Positions 19,332 to 29,614 are shown, numbered from the stretch's first letter. The stretch: 64,000 nucleotides of DNA from an uncultured Bacilli bacterium (GCA_944358415.1 CALVRA010000006.1:4142-68141); one strand, 5' to 3'. Translations and numbers: made by a program. Notes: generated by a model not told the origin, from the letters alone.

Positions 19332-20282
19332 TTAGTTTTTAGCTAATTCTTTTATTTTTTCCGTATTTTTAAAGCTTATTTTGGCAATGTCATTTAATAT
19401 ATTTTCGCCATATTTGTTTATTAACTTTGCGCCTATTTCATCAACATTATGACCGGCTCCTTTTGGTAAGATTTGATTGTACTGTTTTGATAGTTTATCC
19501 ATTTCTTTGATAAAGATGTATCTACTGATGATGGCTGAACAAGCTACTGATAGGCACTGATCTTCGGCTTTGGTTATGAATGTTATATTTTTTTGAACGT
19601 TTGGCGAGCTTTTTAGATAATTGTAATAGATATATTTTTCAGCGAACTGGTCAACAACGATGAAATCATAATTTGAATACTTTTTTGTCATTTCAAGCAA
19701 TGCTTTATTATGAAGTATTGCTTTCATAGCATTCATATTGTATTTTTGATGTTTTTGATTATATTCTTTGTTTGATAAGGTCATGGTGTAGTAAGGTATT
19801 TTTTTGATAATTTGCGGAGTGATTTTTAGTATTTGTTCGTCAGTTAGTTTTTTTGAATCTTTTATTTTTAAGTTTTCTAGGAATGGTATATTTTCTTTAG
19901 TTACATATGATGCAGTGACAACAATTGGTCCAAAATAATCACCTGTTCCAACTTCGTCAGAACCAATGGTATTGGCAAAATAGACTTTGTTATTTATTTT
20001 ATTTTCTTTTTTTTCTCCGGCTATTTTCATATCAATTTTTTTATTTGGATTTAAATTTTTTTCCATTTGCGACCATAGATTTGCGTCGATATCAGCACTT
20101 ATTCCTTGAAAAACTACTTTACCAGATTCATATAGGGTGACGACAGTATCAGCTTCATCGGCTTGAAAAATAGCGTAAGGTGGTGTTTTTAATCTTTTTT
20201 TATCACTAAAATATTTATTCATTTTATCCATGGTATTTTTACTAACTTTTAAAGTTATTGTTTTTGTTTTTTCTTTTTTCAT
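19332..20282 (-). CDS. rnhC: Ribonuclease HIII
   Basis: N-terminal TBP-like domain (LYESGKVVFQG), IGSDEVGTGDYFGP, DSKKL, KAE, VACSAIISR; likely start ATG 20282. Confidence 0.95.
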   Translation of the reverse strand: MKKEKTKTITLKVSKNTMDKMNKYFSDKKRLKTPPYAIFQADEADTVVTLYESGKVVFQGISADIDANLWSQMEKNLNPNKKIDMKIAGEKKENKINNKVYFANTIGSDEVGTGDYFGPIVVTASYVTKENIPFLENLKIKDSKKLTDEQILKITPQIIKKIPYYTMTLSNKEYNQKHQKYNMNAMKAILHNKALLEMTKKYSNYDFIVVDQFAEKYIYYNYLKSSPNVQKNITFITKAEDQCLSVACSAIISRYIFIKEMDKLSKQYNQILPKGAGHNVDEIGAKLINKYGENILNDIAKISFKNTEKIKELAKN

Positions 20283-20378
20283 GCTTTTCACCTGTAAATA
20301 TTTTAACATATTTTATTTATTGCTTCAATAATGCTTTACTTTATTTACTTTAATGTAATATAATTATTATAAAGGGGA

Positions 20379-21104
20379 ATGAATATGAATATTGTTGATA
20401 TTTTAATTGTTATTTTTATTTTACTTGGAGCTTTTGTTGGAGCAAAACAAGGCTTTACTAAGGCTTTTGTTAGTTTTTTAGGTATTATTATTGTAGTGAT
20501 TGTTGCTTATTTTTTGAAAAATCCAGTCAGTGAATTTTTGATGAATTTTTTACCTTTTTTTAAATTCGGCGGAATTATAAAAGGGGTTACTGTTTTAAAT
20601 ATTGCTGTTTATGAGATTATTGCTTTTATATTAGTATTTATAATTTTGATAGCTATTTTAAATGCACTTTTATTCGCAACAGGGATTTTTGAAAAACTAT
20701 TAAAGTTTACAATTGTACTTGGAGTTCCTTCTTCAATATTTGGTGCAATTATTGGAACTATCAAGAATTATGTTATTGCGTTTTTTGTACTTTATATTTT
20801 ATCGATGCCAAATTTTGTGGATGTTGATTTTGTTAAGAATTCAGAGTTTAGGGAACCTATTTTAAGGAATACTCCGTTTCTTTCAAATATTGCTGGTTCT
20901 ACTTTGGAAGTTTTAGATGAATTTAAGGGTCTTGCTGATAAATATACAGATAGTGAAGATGTTAATGCATTTAATTTAGAAACTTTGGATGTGTTTTTGA
21001 AATATAAAGTTGTGACTGTAGATGCTATAGAAAAATTAGTAGAAAATGGTAAAATAAATATTGATGGAATTGATACAGTGTTAAATAAATATAAGGAGGA
21101 ATAG
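20379..21104 (+). CDS. CvpA (colicin V production) family membrane protein
   Basis: IVDILIVIFILLGAFVGAKQGF; divergent from rnhC, like B. subtilis yshB. Confidence 0.85.
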   Translation: MNMNIVDILIVIFILLGAFVGAKQGFTKAFVSFLGIIIVVIVAYFLKNPVSEFLMNFLPFFKFGGIIKGVTVLNIAVYEIIAFILVFIILIAILNALLFATGIFEKLLKFTIVLGVPSSIFGAIIGTIKNYVIAFFVLYILSMPNFVDVDFVKNSEFREPILRNTPFLSNIAGSTLEVLDEFKGLADKYTDSEDVNAFNLETLDVFLKYKVVTVDAIEKLVENGKINIDGIDTVLNKYKEE

Positions 21105-21106
21105 TT

Positions 21107-21403
21107 ATGGAAATAATTAATGGAAATGTAGATAATTTTGATAGTGTTGTAAGTAAAGGTGATGTTTTAGTAGATTTTTATGCATCTTGGTGTGGACCAT
21201 GTAAGATGCTTGCACCTGAACTTGAAGAAATTAAAGACAAGGTTCAAATTATGAAAATTGATATTGATGATAATTTGGAACTTTGTAAGAGATTTGGGGT
21301 TATGAGCGTTCCAACTCTTGTGTATTTTAAAAAAGATGGTAGTTATATTACAAATATTGGTTATATGACTAGCGATGAAATTTTAAAATTTATTCAAAAA
21401 TAA
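21107..21403 (+). CDS. trxA: Thioredoxin
   Basis: DFYASWCGPCK, SVPT. Confidence 0.95.
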   Translation: MEIINGNVDNFDSVVSKGDVLVDFYASWCGPCKMLAPELEEIKDKVQIMKIDIDDNLELCKRFGVMSVPTLVYFKKDGSYITNIGYMTSDEILKFIQK

Positions 21404-21434
21404 AAGGCTATTAGGGTTTTCTTTAATAGCTTTT
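21402..21434. terminator. Bidirectional terminator, trxA / dCMP deaminase
   Basis: AAAAGGCTATTAGGG...CTTTAATAGCTTTTT. Confidence 0.7.
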
Positions 21435-21934
21435 TAATTGTTTTTAATTTTTAAATTTATTTCTTTGTCTATTTTTAATTTATGGTATTTTACTCCGCAT
21501 TTATCAAAGAGGGTTCTTGATGCGATGTTGTTTTCTGAGTTTGCATATTTATCATTTAGATAGATAACTTCTTTAATACCGGATTGGATGATTAGTTTTG
21601 CACATTCATTACATGGAAATAAATCAATGTAAATTTTCGCATTTTCTAAATCTTTTTTATTACCACGGTAGTTTAAAATGGCATTTAATTCGGCATGGCA
21701 AACGTAAGGATACTTGGTGTTTAGATTTTCTCCTTCGCGGTTCCATGGGAAATCATTATCATCAAAACCATTAGGTGCGCCATTATAACCGATTGATAGT
21801 ATTCTATTATTATTACTTACAATGCAAGCACCAACTCTAGTAGATGGGTCTTTACTTCTTAATGCGCTTAATTCAGTGATGGCAATAAAGTATTCATCCC
21901 ATGTTAGATAATCTGTTCTCTTCATATTTTTCAC
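21434..21934 (-). CDS. dCMP deaminase
   Basis: [30 protein letters not shown]. Confidence 0.92.
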   Translation of the reverse strand: MKNMKRTDYLTWDEYFIAITELSALRSKDPSTRVGACIVSNNNRILSIGYNGAPNGFDDNDFPWNREGENLNTKYPYVCHAELNAILNYRGNKKDLENAKIYIDLFPCNECAKLIIQSGIKEVIYLNDKYANSENNIASRTLFDKCGVKYHKLKIDKEINLKIKNN

Positions 21935-22010
21935 CTCTATTTCATTGTATCATAATTTTGGTATTTTGAATAATGTAGTTTTTTTGGTATAATATGTGGT
22001 GGGTGAGATT

Positions 22011-22484
22011 ATGAAAAAGTTTTATGGAGTTACTTTGGGAATTATTTTACTTGATCAAATTATTAAAAATGTTCTTTTGTTTTTAATGGGTTTAGGAAAT
22101 TCTTTTACTGTAATTTCAAATTTTTTCAATATCACTTTAATAGGAAATACTGGAGCTGCTTTTAGTATTTTAAGTTCTAATACGCTTTTTTTAATCATTA
22201 TTTCGATTGTGGTTTTAAATTTAATATATTTTCTTTTTATAAAAGGGAAAAAGTTAAGTGGTTATGAACAGATCTCTTATGGTGTTTTAGTAGGTGGAAT
22301 TATAGGAAATTTGATTGATAGAGTGGTGCATGGCCAAGTTATCGATTATTTAGATTTTAATATATTTGGATATAATTTTCCAGTATTTAATTTAGCAGAT
22401 ATTGCAATTGTTATTTCGATGATTTTTATTGCAATTTTAGTTATAAAAGGTGATAAAGATGGAGTATCAAGTAAAGGAAAATGA
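22011..22484 (+). CDS. lspA: Lipoprotein signal peptidase II
   Basis: DQIIK, NTGAAFS, GNLIDR, VIDYL, FNLAD. Confidence 0.95.
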   Translation: MKKFYGVTLGIILLDQIIKNVLLFLMGLGNSFTVISNFFNITLIGNTGAAFSILSSNTLFLIIISIVVLNLIYFLFIKGKKLSGYEQISYGVLVGGIIGNLIDRVVHGQVIDYLDFNIFGYNFPVFNLADIAIVISMIFIAILVIKGDKDGVSSKGK

Positions 22485-23334
22485 TATAAGGTTAGATATT
22501 TTTTTAGCTTCTTCTATGGATATGAGCCGAAGTCAGATAACTAAAATGATTAAATCTGGTGAGGTTTTGGTTAATGGTAAAAAGGTTAAAACAGGATTTA
22601 TGCTTAAAAATGGTGATAAGGTTTTAGTGAATCATGAGTCTATAGATGGTGTTTTACCAGAGAAGATGAATTTAAATATTGTCTATGAAGACGATGATGT
22701 AATTGTTGTTAATAAGCCTAATGGGATGGTTGTACATCCTGGGGCAGGCAATAAGATTGGAACTTTGGTTAATGGTCTTTTATATCATACAAATTTAAGT
22801 GATGTGAATGGTGAGGTAAGACCTGGTATTGTTCATAGAATTGATGCTTATACGACAGGGCTTTTAATGGTAGCTAAAAATAATAAGGCTCATGAGTTTT
22901 TGGCTAAAGAACTGGCATTAAAAAAAACTTATAGGAAATATGTGGCTTTAGTTTGGGGAGTTATTCCAAATGATACTGGTGAGATAGATGCGCCAATAGG
23001 TAGGAGTAATAGTGACCGTAAAAAAATGGCGATTAGAGCAGATGGTAAGAAAGCAGTGACACATTTTAGAGTTTTAAAAAGGTATGAAAAAGCTACTTTG
23101 ATTGAACTTAGATTAGAGACAGGAAGAACTCATCAAATTAGGGTGCATCTTGATTATATTGGGCATCCAATAGTTAATGATCCAGTGTATGGAAATAGGA
23201 AATTATTTGATGATAGTGGGCAATGTTTACATGCGAAAGAGCTTGGCTTTGTACATCCTAGAACTTTAAAATATATGCAATTTGATAGCGAACTTCCTTT
23301 ATGTTTTACTAATATATTAAAAAAATTTGAGTAG
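22459..23334 (+). CDS. RluA/RluD-family pseudouridine synthase
   Basis: S4 domain, NKPNGMVVHP, HRIDAYTTG, GRTHQIRVH; follows lspA. Confidence 0.95.
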   Translation: MEYQVKENDIRLDIFLASSMDMSRSQITKMIKSGEVLVNGKKVKTGFMLKNGDKVLVNHESIDGVLPEKMNLNIVYEDDDVIVVNKPNGMVVHPGAGNKIGTLVNGLLYHTNLSDVNGEVRPGIVHRIDAYTTGLLMVAKNNKAHEFLAKELALKKTYRKYVALVWGVIPNDTGEIDAPIGRSNSDRKKMAIRADGKKAVTHFRVLKRYEKATLIELRLETGRTHQIRVHLDYIGHPIVNDPVYGNRKLFDDSGQCLHAKELGFVHPRTLKYMQFDSELPLCFTNILKKFE

Positions 23335-23342
23335 GTGATATA

Positions 23343-24485
23343 ATGAATGAGATTGTTATTGATAAAAAAGAAGAACTAGTCATGAAGTTATTACACTATT
23401 TTATTACGGAAAGAGGATATAACCCAGTAATTATTAAAGGTGTGAAAGATGAAATATGGCTTGAAAATTTGGAAGATGATTATAAAATTATTCGAATTGT
23501 CTCAGGTTATATTCATAATAATGAGCAATTTAAATTTGATGTTTTTAAAACGAAAAGTTTACTTAAGAGTATAAAAAAGAAAACTTTATCTTTAAAGATT
23601 AATGCTTTAAGTATTTTTGTCAATTTAGGTGACAATGTGGATATTAGTAAGTTTGAGAATATTCCTAATATTAAGTTTGCGAATATTCATGAGGAGAAAG
23701 ATTTAAATAAGTATCGTTTTATGATTTCCGCGTTTCCGGATATTACTAAAGATATGAATTTTAAGGAAAAGGGTTTAGAGTTATTTCTTAAAATTACGAG
23801 TGATATTAACAAGAAAAATGAGGATGATGCGAGAATGAATGAAGACGTTTTTAAGCCTAAAAAGCCAATTATTACTTATGTTTTGATTGCAATAAATGTA
23901 ATAGTATTTATTTTGTCAATGTTTAACGAGACTGTTTTATATAATTATGCAGTTAATAGAGAACTAATTGTAAATTTTGGCCAATATTATAGATTATTGA
24001 CTGGTATGTTTTTACACGCTGGAATTCTTCATTTACTTTTCAATATGTATGCTTTATATATTATTGGTATGCAGCTTGAGAGTTTTCTTGGGAAATGGAA
24101 ATATTTAACAGTTTATTTACTTTCAGGATTAGGGGCTTCTATGCTTTCAATTTTCTTCAGTAATAGTTTTAGTGTGGGGGCTTCTGGAGCAATTTTTGGA
24201 TTGATGGGAGCTTTGCTTTATTTTGGTTATCATTACCGTGTTTATTTGGATAGTGTGGTTAAGTCACAGATTATACCACTTATTGTACTTAACTTGATTT
24301 TAGGTTTTACTTTATCAGGTATTGATAATTGGGCACATATTGGTGGCTTGGTTAGTGGCGTTTTAGCAACTATGGCGGTAGGTGTGAAGTATAAATCAAC
24401 GAAGTTTGAAATGCTTAATGGAGTTATTCTTTATTTAATTTATATTGGTTTTATTATATATATGGTATTTGTTCGCGGTATATAA
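23343..24485 (+). CDS. Rhomboid intramembrane serine protease (GluP/YqgP-like)
   Basis: YYRLLTGMFLH, HLLFNM, GASG, AHIGG; soluble N-terminal domain. Confidence 0.92.
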   Translation: MNEIVIDKKEELVMKLLHYFITERGYNPVIIKGVKDEIWLENLEDDYKIIRIVSGYIHNNEQFKFDVFKTKSLLKSIKKKTLSLKINALSIFVNLGDNVDISKFENIPNIKFANIHEEKDLNKYRFMISAFPDITKDMNFKEKGLELFLKITSDINKKNEDDARMNEDVFKPKKPIITYVLIAINVIVFILSMFNETVLYNYAVNRELIVNFGQYYRLLTGMFLHAGILHLLFNMYALYIIGMQLESFLGKWKYLTVYLLSGLGASMLSIFFSNSFSVGASGAIFGLMGALLYFGYHYRVYLDSVVKSQIIPLIVLNLILGFTLSGIDNWAHIGGLVSGVLATMAVGVKYKSTKFEMLNGVILYLIYIGFIIYMVFVRGI

Positions 24486-24493
24486 AAAAGTCC

Positions 24494-25297
24494 TTAGTGT
24501 TTAGTTTCTAAGGGCTTTTTTGTTAGGATTTTTCCTTTTTCTTTGGTTTGGGGTTTTTCTAATTCATAAAATATAGCTTGATGATTTTCTTTATTTAGTT
24601 TTAACTTTGGGATGTTTGTTTTTTCTTTATTTTTGCTTAATTGTTTTTCTATATTATGATGATTTTCATTTATTGGTTCATTTTGTTTATGTTTTGCTTG
24701 TGTTTTGTATTCTTGATAATATTGTTTAATATTTCCGACTTGAAGAGGTATGGTTCCAAAACTTAATATATTACTTAGTGTTAGTAAAGTTTCGCCAGTA
24801 ATGCCAATAATATTTAAATTTTGAATGGCAAGAGCTACATATCCTAAAATAAGAGCAATTGATAATGGCCAGATTTTTACCTTACCAAGAAAATTACTTT
24901 TAGGTGATCCACCACTTGCTAATAATTTACCATTTATAATGGCGATGGTACCTTCTAGTATTCCGCTGATGGCAAATATAGGTAAGGTTGGTAAAATGCC
25001 AATAATTAATAAGATTGAGAAAATTTTATCAGAAATAGCATCTAGCATTGCGCCTTCTTTGGTTTCTTCTTTGGCAATTAATCTAGCGGTTAGACCGTCT
25101 AAGAAGTCTGACAATGATAGAAAAGTGATGGTTCCAAAAAGAAGGGGAAGCGGAGATGATGTATAGGCCATGATTGGTATAGCTATGCCACCTATTACTC
25201 TTGAAAATGAAAGCCAATTTGGAATTAATGATAATTTGTTATCAGGGTTTAATAATCCTTTGACAAATTTTTTGGTTGTATTTTTTATTGCATCCAT
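24494..25297 (-). CDS. CDP-alcohol phosphatidyltransferase family protein with a long basic C-terminal tail
   Basis: IPNWLSFSR and intact DxxDGxxAR...GxxxDxxxD motif; start ATG 25297 after GGAGGG RBS. Confidence 0.85.
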   Translation of the reverse strand: MDAIKNTTKKFVKGLLNPDNKLSLIPNWLSFSRVIGGIAIPIMAYTSSPLPLLFGTITFLSLSDFLDGLTARLIAKEETKEGAMLDAISDKIFSILLIIGILPTLPIFAISGILEGTIAIINGKLLASGGSPKSNFLGKVKIWPLSIALILGYVALAIQNLNIIGITGETLLTLSNILSFGTIPLQVGNIKQYYQEYKTQAKHKQNEPINENHHNIEKQLSKNKEKTNIPKLKLNKENHQAIFYELEKPQTKEKGKILTKKPLETKH

Positions 25298-25451
25298 GAA
25301 ATCCCTCCAACAATTTATATATTTTAGCACATTTTTATATATAAGTAAATTGTTTTGTAATGTCAAATACTGTCTAATTATGTTTTGAAAATAGTGCCTT
25401 TGATTAGTATTTTTGGTATAATTATATTAGAGTAAATAGGAGGCATAGAAT

Positions 25452-28400
25452 ATGAAAAAAGGTTTTAAAATTGTTATTATTTTATTATTTTTAATGTTTA
25501 ATTTTATGCCCTTTGTGAAAGTAGAGGCAGCTTCTAGTTATACGGTAGAAATGGTGGCTAATCAGACTGGCAATAAAGTTATTGGTAAATATAGTAGTTA
25601 TAGTGCGGCTTTAAATGCAATGAATGCTCAAAATTCTACGTCTAGTAGTGTGGCAACTATTTATAGAGATGGTGTGCCTGTAGATAGTAAGTATGCGATT
25701 TTTAAGTTTAAACCAGGCGCTACTTATAGTTTATATACATCTAGTACTTCTAATACGGCTTATACTTCTGTTCATGGTTCTTATGGTACTGATGCGGCGG
25801 TACTTGGATATAGTGATAATGGTCGAATTAAAATTATGATTAGTGGGTTTACTGGTTGGACAAATATTAATAATGGTATTGTAACACCTATTTCTTTGAT
25901 GGGTGTGAATGGTAATATGATTAATGTGCCTGGAGGGTTAGGTATTAGAATTAGAAAAAGTCCATCACTTTCTGGAGCGGTGATTACACAGGTTGCTTCG
26001 ACGACTAATTTTAATTATACAGAAACTAAACAATCTGATGGATATACTTGGTATAAAGTTAGTTATAATGGTAGTGCGGCATGGATTGCGAAGACTGATA
26101 GCGTGACAGTTCTTACTGGTATGAATGGACTTGGAACTTATTATGAACGAAATACTAGTACTAATAATTTAATCCATCATTTTACTTATTATAATGGTAG
26201 CGGATATGGTGATACTTTTTCTAATTTAGGAACGGCGCCAACTTATTTAACACCAGGTGTTAGATATTATAGTTTTGACGGTAATTATTTCTATTCATCT
26301 ATTACTACAATGCTTGATGATTATAGAGCTGGAAAATATAGTTCTAGTGTAAATTCAAGTAGTCCACATTATGCTTATTATTTATATTTATCAAGTCATT
26401 CGGTGACGGGTTATAGTGCTTCTGATTTTGATAATATTATTGCAGGTAAGGGATATACAGCATCAACTTCTAAGATGTATGGTACTGGTAAGTATTTTAA
26501 AGAAGCAGAAGCTACTTATGGACAAAATGCTTTAATGATGTTTGGTACAGCGATGAATGAAAGTGCTTATGGTACGAGTAAGATAGCTATGGATAAGAAT
26601 AATTTATTTGGTTATGGAGCGGCTGATAGCTGTGCTTATGATTGCGCTTATTCATATAATAGTCCGCGTGATTCTATTATGGATTATGCACAGAAAACTG
26701 GCTCTAGTTATTCGCTTGCGACAGGTAAATATTATTATGGTAGTCATTATGGTAATAAGGCAAGTGGACGTAATGTGAAATATGCGACTGATCCATATTG
26801 GGGTGAAAAACAAGCTAGTAATTCTTTTAATAATGATAAGAGTTATGGTGGTAAGGATTTTAATTCAAGTACAATTGGGGCGGTTAAGAAAAATATTGCA
26901 AGTCCTTGGGTATTTGATGAACCATTACAAACTAGTGAAGGACATATTTATACTTTAAAAAATCCTAATAGTAATGATGTGGTTAATGATTTAGCTGTTA
27001 ATGTAATTGATAAAGTTGTTAATTCTTCAGGAATAGAATTTTATAAAATTTATGCGGATTTACCTGGTACTTCTAATATTTTATATGGTTATGTAGTAGC
27101 ATCTGAGATTAATGTTTCTAATAATCAACCGGTTATAACAGCTTCAGATAAAACTATTAAAGAGGGAGATGTGTTTAATCCTTTGGATGGAGTTAGTGCA
27201 TCTGACACCGAAAATGGAAATTTAACTAATAAAATTACATATGAAAGTAATGTAAATCCTAATAAAGAAGGTACATATAAAGTTACTTATACAGTAGTTG
27301 ATAATAGCAATTTTCACGCGAGTAAAACTATTACAGTTAAAGTTGTTTCAGCAGAGCTTCCTATAATTAGCGCGAGTGATAGAGAAGTTAAACAATTTGA
27401 AGAGTTTGATTATATGGATGGAGTAAGTGCGAAAGCATATGATGGAACAGATTTAACTGATAAAATAACGTATGAAAAAACTGTAAATACTGATGTAGCT
27501 GATACATATGAGGTTACTTATAAAGTTAAAGATTCTAAAGGTAAAGAAGTAAGTAAAACAATTAAGGTTACTGTTATTCCTAATGAAAAACCAGTTATAA
27601 ATGTTTCAGATAAAGAAATATATTTAAATAGTGAATTTGATCCATTAGAAGGCGTTACAGCATATGATGCAGAAGATGGAGAAATTAAAGATATTGAATA
27701 TAAAGGTGAAGTAAAAACTGATGAAGTAGGGGACTATAAAATAACTTATACAGTTACTGATAAAAATGGTCAAAAAACAGAAAAAACTATAACAGTAAAA
27801 GTTATTGTAAATCAGCTTCCAGTGATTAATGCTTATGATAAAACTATAACTGTTAATACTGAGTTTGATCCATTAGAAGGTGTGACAGCTTATGATGTAG
27901 AAGATGGGACAATTAAGGATATAACGGTTGTAAAAAATGATGTTAAAACTGATACTTTAGGTAAATATGAAGTAACATATGAAGTTACTGATTCATACGG
28001 TCAAACTGTTACTAAAACAATTACTATTACAGTTAGTGAAAAAGTATTAATAGAGAAAACTGGTTGGTTTCACATTGAAGAAATTTCATTTAAAGATGAT
28101 ACTTTAAAAATAAGTGGTTTTGAGATAATTAAAGGTATTTCTAATAGTAAAGATGATAAAATAAATTATGAGCTAATTTTAAAAAATCAAAATACTAATG
28201 AAAAAATTACTTATGATTTAAATCGTTGGCTTGAAAATGTTCCCTTTGTAGCTAATGATGGCAGCTTTAATGATTATAGTGGTTCTTGGTTTACTGGTGA
28301 TATTGATTTAAGTAAAATTGAAGATGGTGATTATACAATGTATGTCAAAGCTTCTGGAGAGGATTACTATAGTGAAAATACTGTTTCAAATGTGGAATAT

Positions 28401-28982
28401 AATGATAACATTGAAAGAAAACATGAAGGAGTATCTGGTAGAGGATATATGATTCGTGAAAATAAAACATTGTCTAATGTTGATTTAGAATTATTTGTTA
28501 GAAATGATGGATTGATTAGTTATGGAACAACACCTGTATGGTCAGGAATTTATAGTGATTTATTTAGCTATGATTTAGATGGTGACAATTTAAATTTATC
28601 TGGTACATCTTATGCATTAAAAACAAATTATAAGGCATCTGATAAAGTTGAAAGAGAAGTAATTTTTGAGAATAAAAAAACACATAAAATTTCTTATAGA
28701 GAAGATATTGGCTCTATAACGGATGGTCCATATAAGATTACTTCAGCTACTGGAAATGATATGACTAGAGCTTGGTTTAATTCTGATATTGATATTTCTT
28801 CTTTAACTAAAGGTACTTATATTATTTATATAAGAACTAAAGTAGGAAATGTCGATGATCATAGTGAACTTGCTGATTCAGCATATTCTGATTTATCTGA
28901 AACTTCAGAATTTGATGGCAAGAAAGTATCTTTAAAAAGAAATAATGATCAGAGAATAAGATTAGAGTTAGTTATTGAATAA
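25452..28982 (+). CDS. Secreted peptidoglycan hydrolase: SH3b + GH73-like glucosaminidase + 4 Ig-like (DUF5011-type) repeats
   Basis: Signal peptide (VEA); GIRIRKSPS/DGYTWYKV SH3; NESAYG...KNNLFGYGA...YATDPYWG. Confidence 0.85.
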   Translation: MKKGFKIVIILLFLMFNFMPFVKVEAASSYTVEMVANQTGNKVIGKYSSYSAALNAMNAQNSTSSSVATIYRDGVPVDSKYAIFKFKPGATYSLYTSSTSNTAYTSVHGSYGTDAAVLGYSDNGRIKIMISGFTGWTNINNGIVTPISLMGVNGNMINVPGGLGIRIRKSPSLSGAVITQVASTTNFNYTETKQSDGYTWYKVSYNGSAAWIAKTDSVTVLTGMNGLGTYYERNTSTNNLIHHFTYYNGSGYGDTFSNLGTAPTYLTPGVRYYSFDGNYFYSSITTMLDDYRAGKYSSSVNSSSPHYAYYLYLSSHSVTGYSASDFDNIIAGKGYTASTSKMYGTGKYFKEAEATYGQNALMMFGTAMNESAYGTSKIAMDKNNLFGYGAADSCAYDCAYSYNSPRDSIMDYAQKTGSSYSLATGKYYYGSHYGNKASGRNVKYATDPYWGEKQASNSFNNDKSYGGKDFNSSTIGAVKKNIASPWVFDEPLQTSEGHIYTLKNPNSNDVVNDLAVNVIDKVVNSSGIEFYKIYADLPGTSNILYGYVVASEINVSNNQPVITASDKTIKEGDVFNPLDGVSASDTENGNLTNKITYESNVNPNKEGTYKVTYTVVDNSNFHASKTITVKVVSAELPIISASDREVKQFEEFDYMDGVSAKAYDGTDLTDKITYEKTVNTDVADTYEVTYKVKDSKGKEVSKTIKVTVIPNEKPVINVSDKEIYLNSEFDPLEGVTAYDAEDGEIKDIEYKGEVKTDEVGDYKITYTVTDKNGQKTEKTITVKVIVNQLPVINAYDKTITVNTEFDPLEGVTAYDVEDGTIKDITVVKNDVKTDTLGKYEVTYEVTDSYGQTVTKTITITVSEKVLIEKTGWFHIEEISFKDDTLKISGFEIIKGISNSKDDKINYELILKNQNTNEKITYDLNRWLENVPFVANDGSFNDYSGSWFTGDIDLSKIEDGDYTMYVKASGEDYYSENTVSNVEYNDNIERKHEGVSGRGYMIRENKTLSNVDLELFVRNDGLISYGTTPVWSGIYSDLFSYDLDGDNLNLSGTSYALKTNYKASDKVEREVIFENKKTHKISYREDIGSITDGPYKITSATGNDMTRAWFNSDIDISSLTKGTYIIYIRTKVGNVDDHSELADSAYSDLSETSEFDGKKVSLKRNNDQRIRLELVIE
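27120..28040 (+). repeat. Four tandem ~79-aa Ig-like repeats inside the autolysin
   Basis: Repeated PVIxAxDK...FDPLEGVxAxDxEDG...GxYxVTYxVxD...KTITV; near-identical DNA at 27635-27680 and 27865-27910. Confidence 0.85.
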
Positions 28983-28993
28983 CTAGCTTTTTT
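28965..28993 (+). terminator. Terminator after the autolysin gene
   Basis: GAGTTAGTTATT-g-AATAACTAGCTT followed by T run. Confidence 0.65.
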
Positions 28994-29018
28994 CTTTTAA
29001 AAATGTTATAATTTTCCC

Positions 29019-29534
29019 ATGAATGAAATTGATTTAAATACTAAAGATAAACCAATATTAATAGATAGCAGTGGAATTTTGGTTAAATATGGCTTTGATA
29101 AAGTTCCAATAGTTATAAATTATAGTACCTTGAAAAAGATTTTTTTAAAACATGGAATTCCTAAAGAAGACTTGATTTTATTAAAAGAGCAGATTGAAAA
29201 TAATTTGTTAATTGCTTCATCTTTAACACGTAGTGATTCTATTATTTTATTTATTGGTCAGTGGGATTTTAAAAATAGACCTATTATGGTTGCTTTAAAT
29301 TTAGAGAAAATGGTAAATGAAACACCTATTTATAAAATTACGAGTATTTATGGTAGAGATAATTGTGAAAAATTTATACGGAGATTGTATGAGGCCGGTA
29401 AAATTATTTACTATAATGAGAATGCTTATTTATGGTTTAAAATTTTAGGATATGAAGTTCCAAATAATGTTATAGCTGACGAAGTATTTTATATAGGAAA
29501 ATATTTTGTGTCTTTATGTATAATAAAAAACTAA
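29019..29534 (+). CDS. Stand-alone MuF-C-terminal/PBECR-like putative nuclease domain protein
   Basis: PIVINYSTLKKI..KHG...SLTRSDSII...DFKNRPIMVAL...ITSIYGRDN...IIYY...WFKILGYEVP pattern; ATG 6 nt after extended -10 TGTTATAAT, no RBS (leaderless). Confidence 0.55.
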   Translation: MNEIDLNTKDKPILIDSSGILVKYGFDKVPIVINYSTLKKIFLKHGIPKEDLILLKEQIENNLLIASSLTRSDSIILFIGQWDFKNRPIMVALNLEKMVNETPIYKITSIYGRDNCEKFIRRLYEAGKIIYYNENAYLWFKILGYEVPNNVIADEVFYIGKYFVSLCIIKN

Positions 29535-29578
29535 CTCTCCCCATAGAGCTATAATTGCTCAAGGACTTCGTTAGTTCT
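29525..29578 (-). ncRNA. Candidate ~55 nt structured sRNA, antisense to the 3' end of the MuF-C-like gene
   Basis: Minus-strand TTGATT(29612-29607)-17 bp-TACAAT(29589-29584); bulged hairpin ending in a U run. Confidence 0.4.
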
Positions 29579-29614
29579 TTTTTATTGTATCAAATTTTAT
29601 TTTTTAAATCAAGG

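Noticed and set aside
27120-28040. Regularly spaced DNA repeats as a possible CRISPR array or DGR template
   Set aside because: The ~237-bp period is in frame and encodes Ig-like domains; no cas or reverse transcriptase gene is in the window
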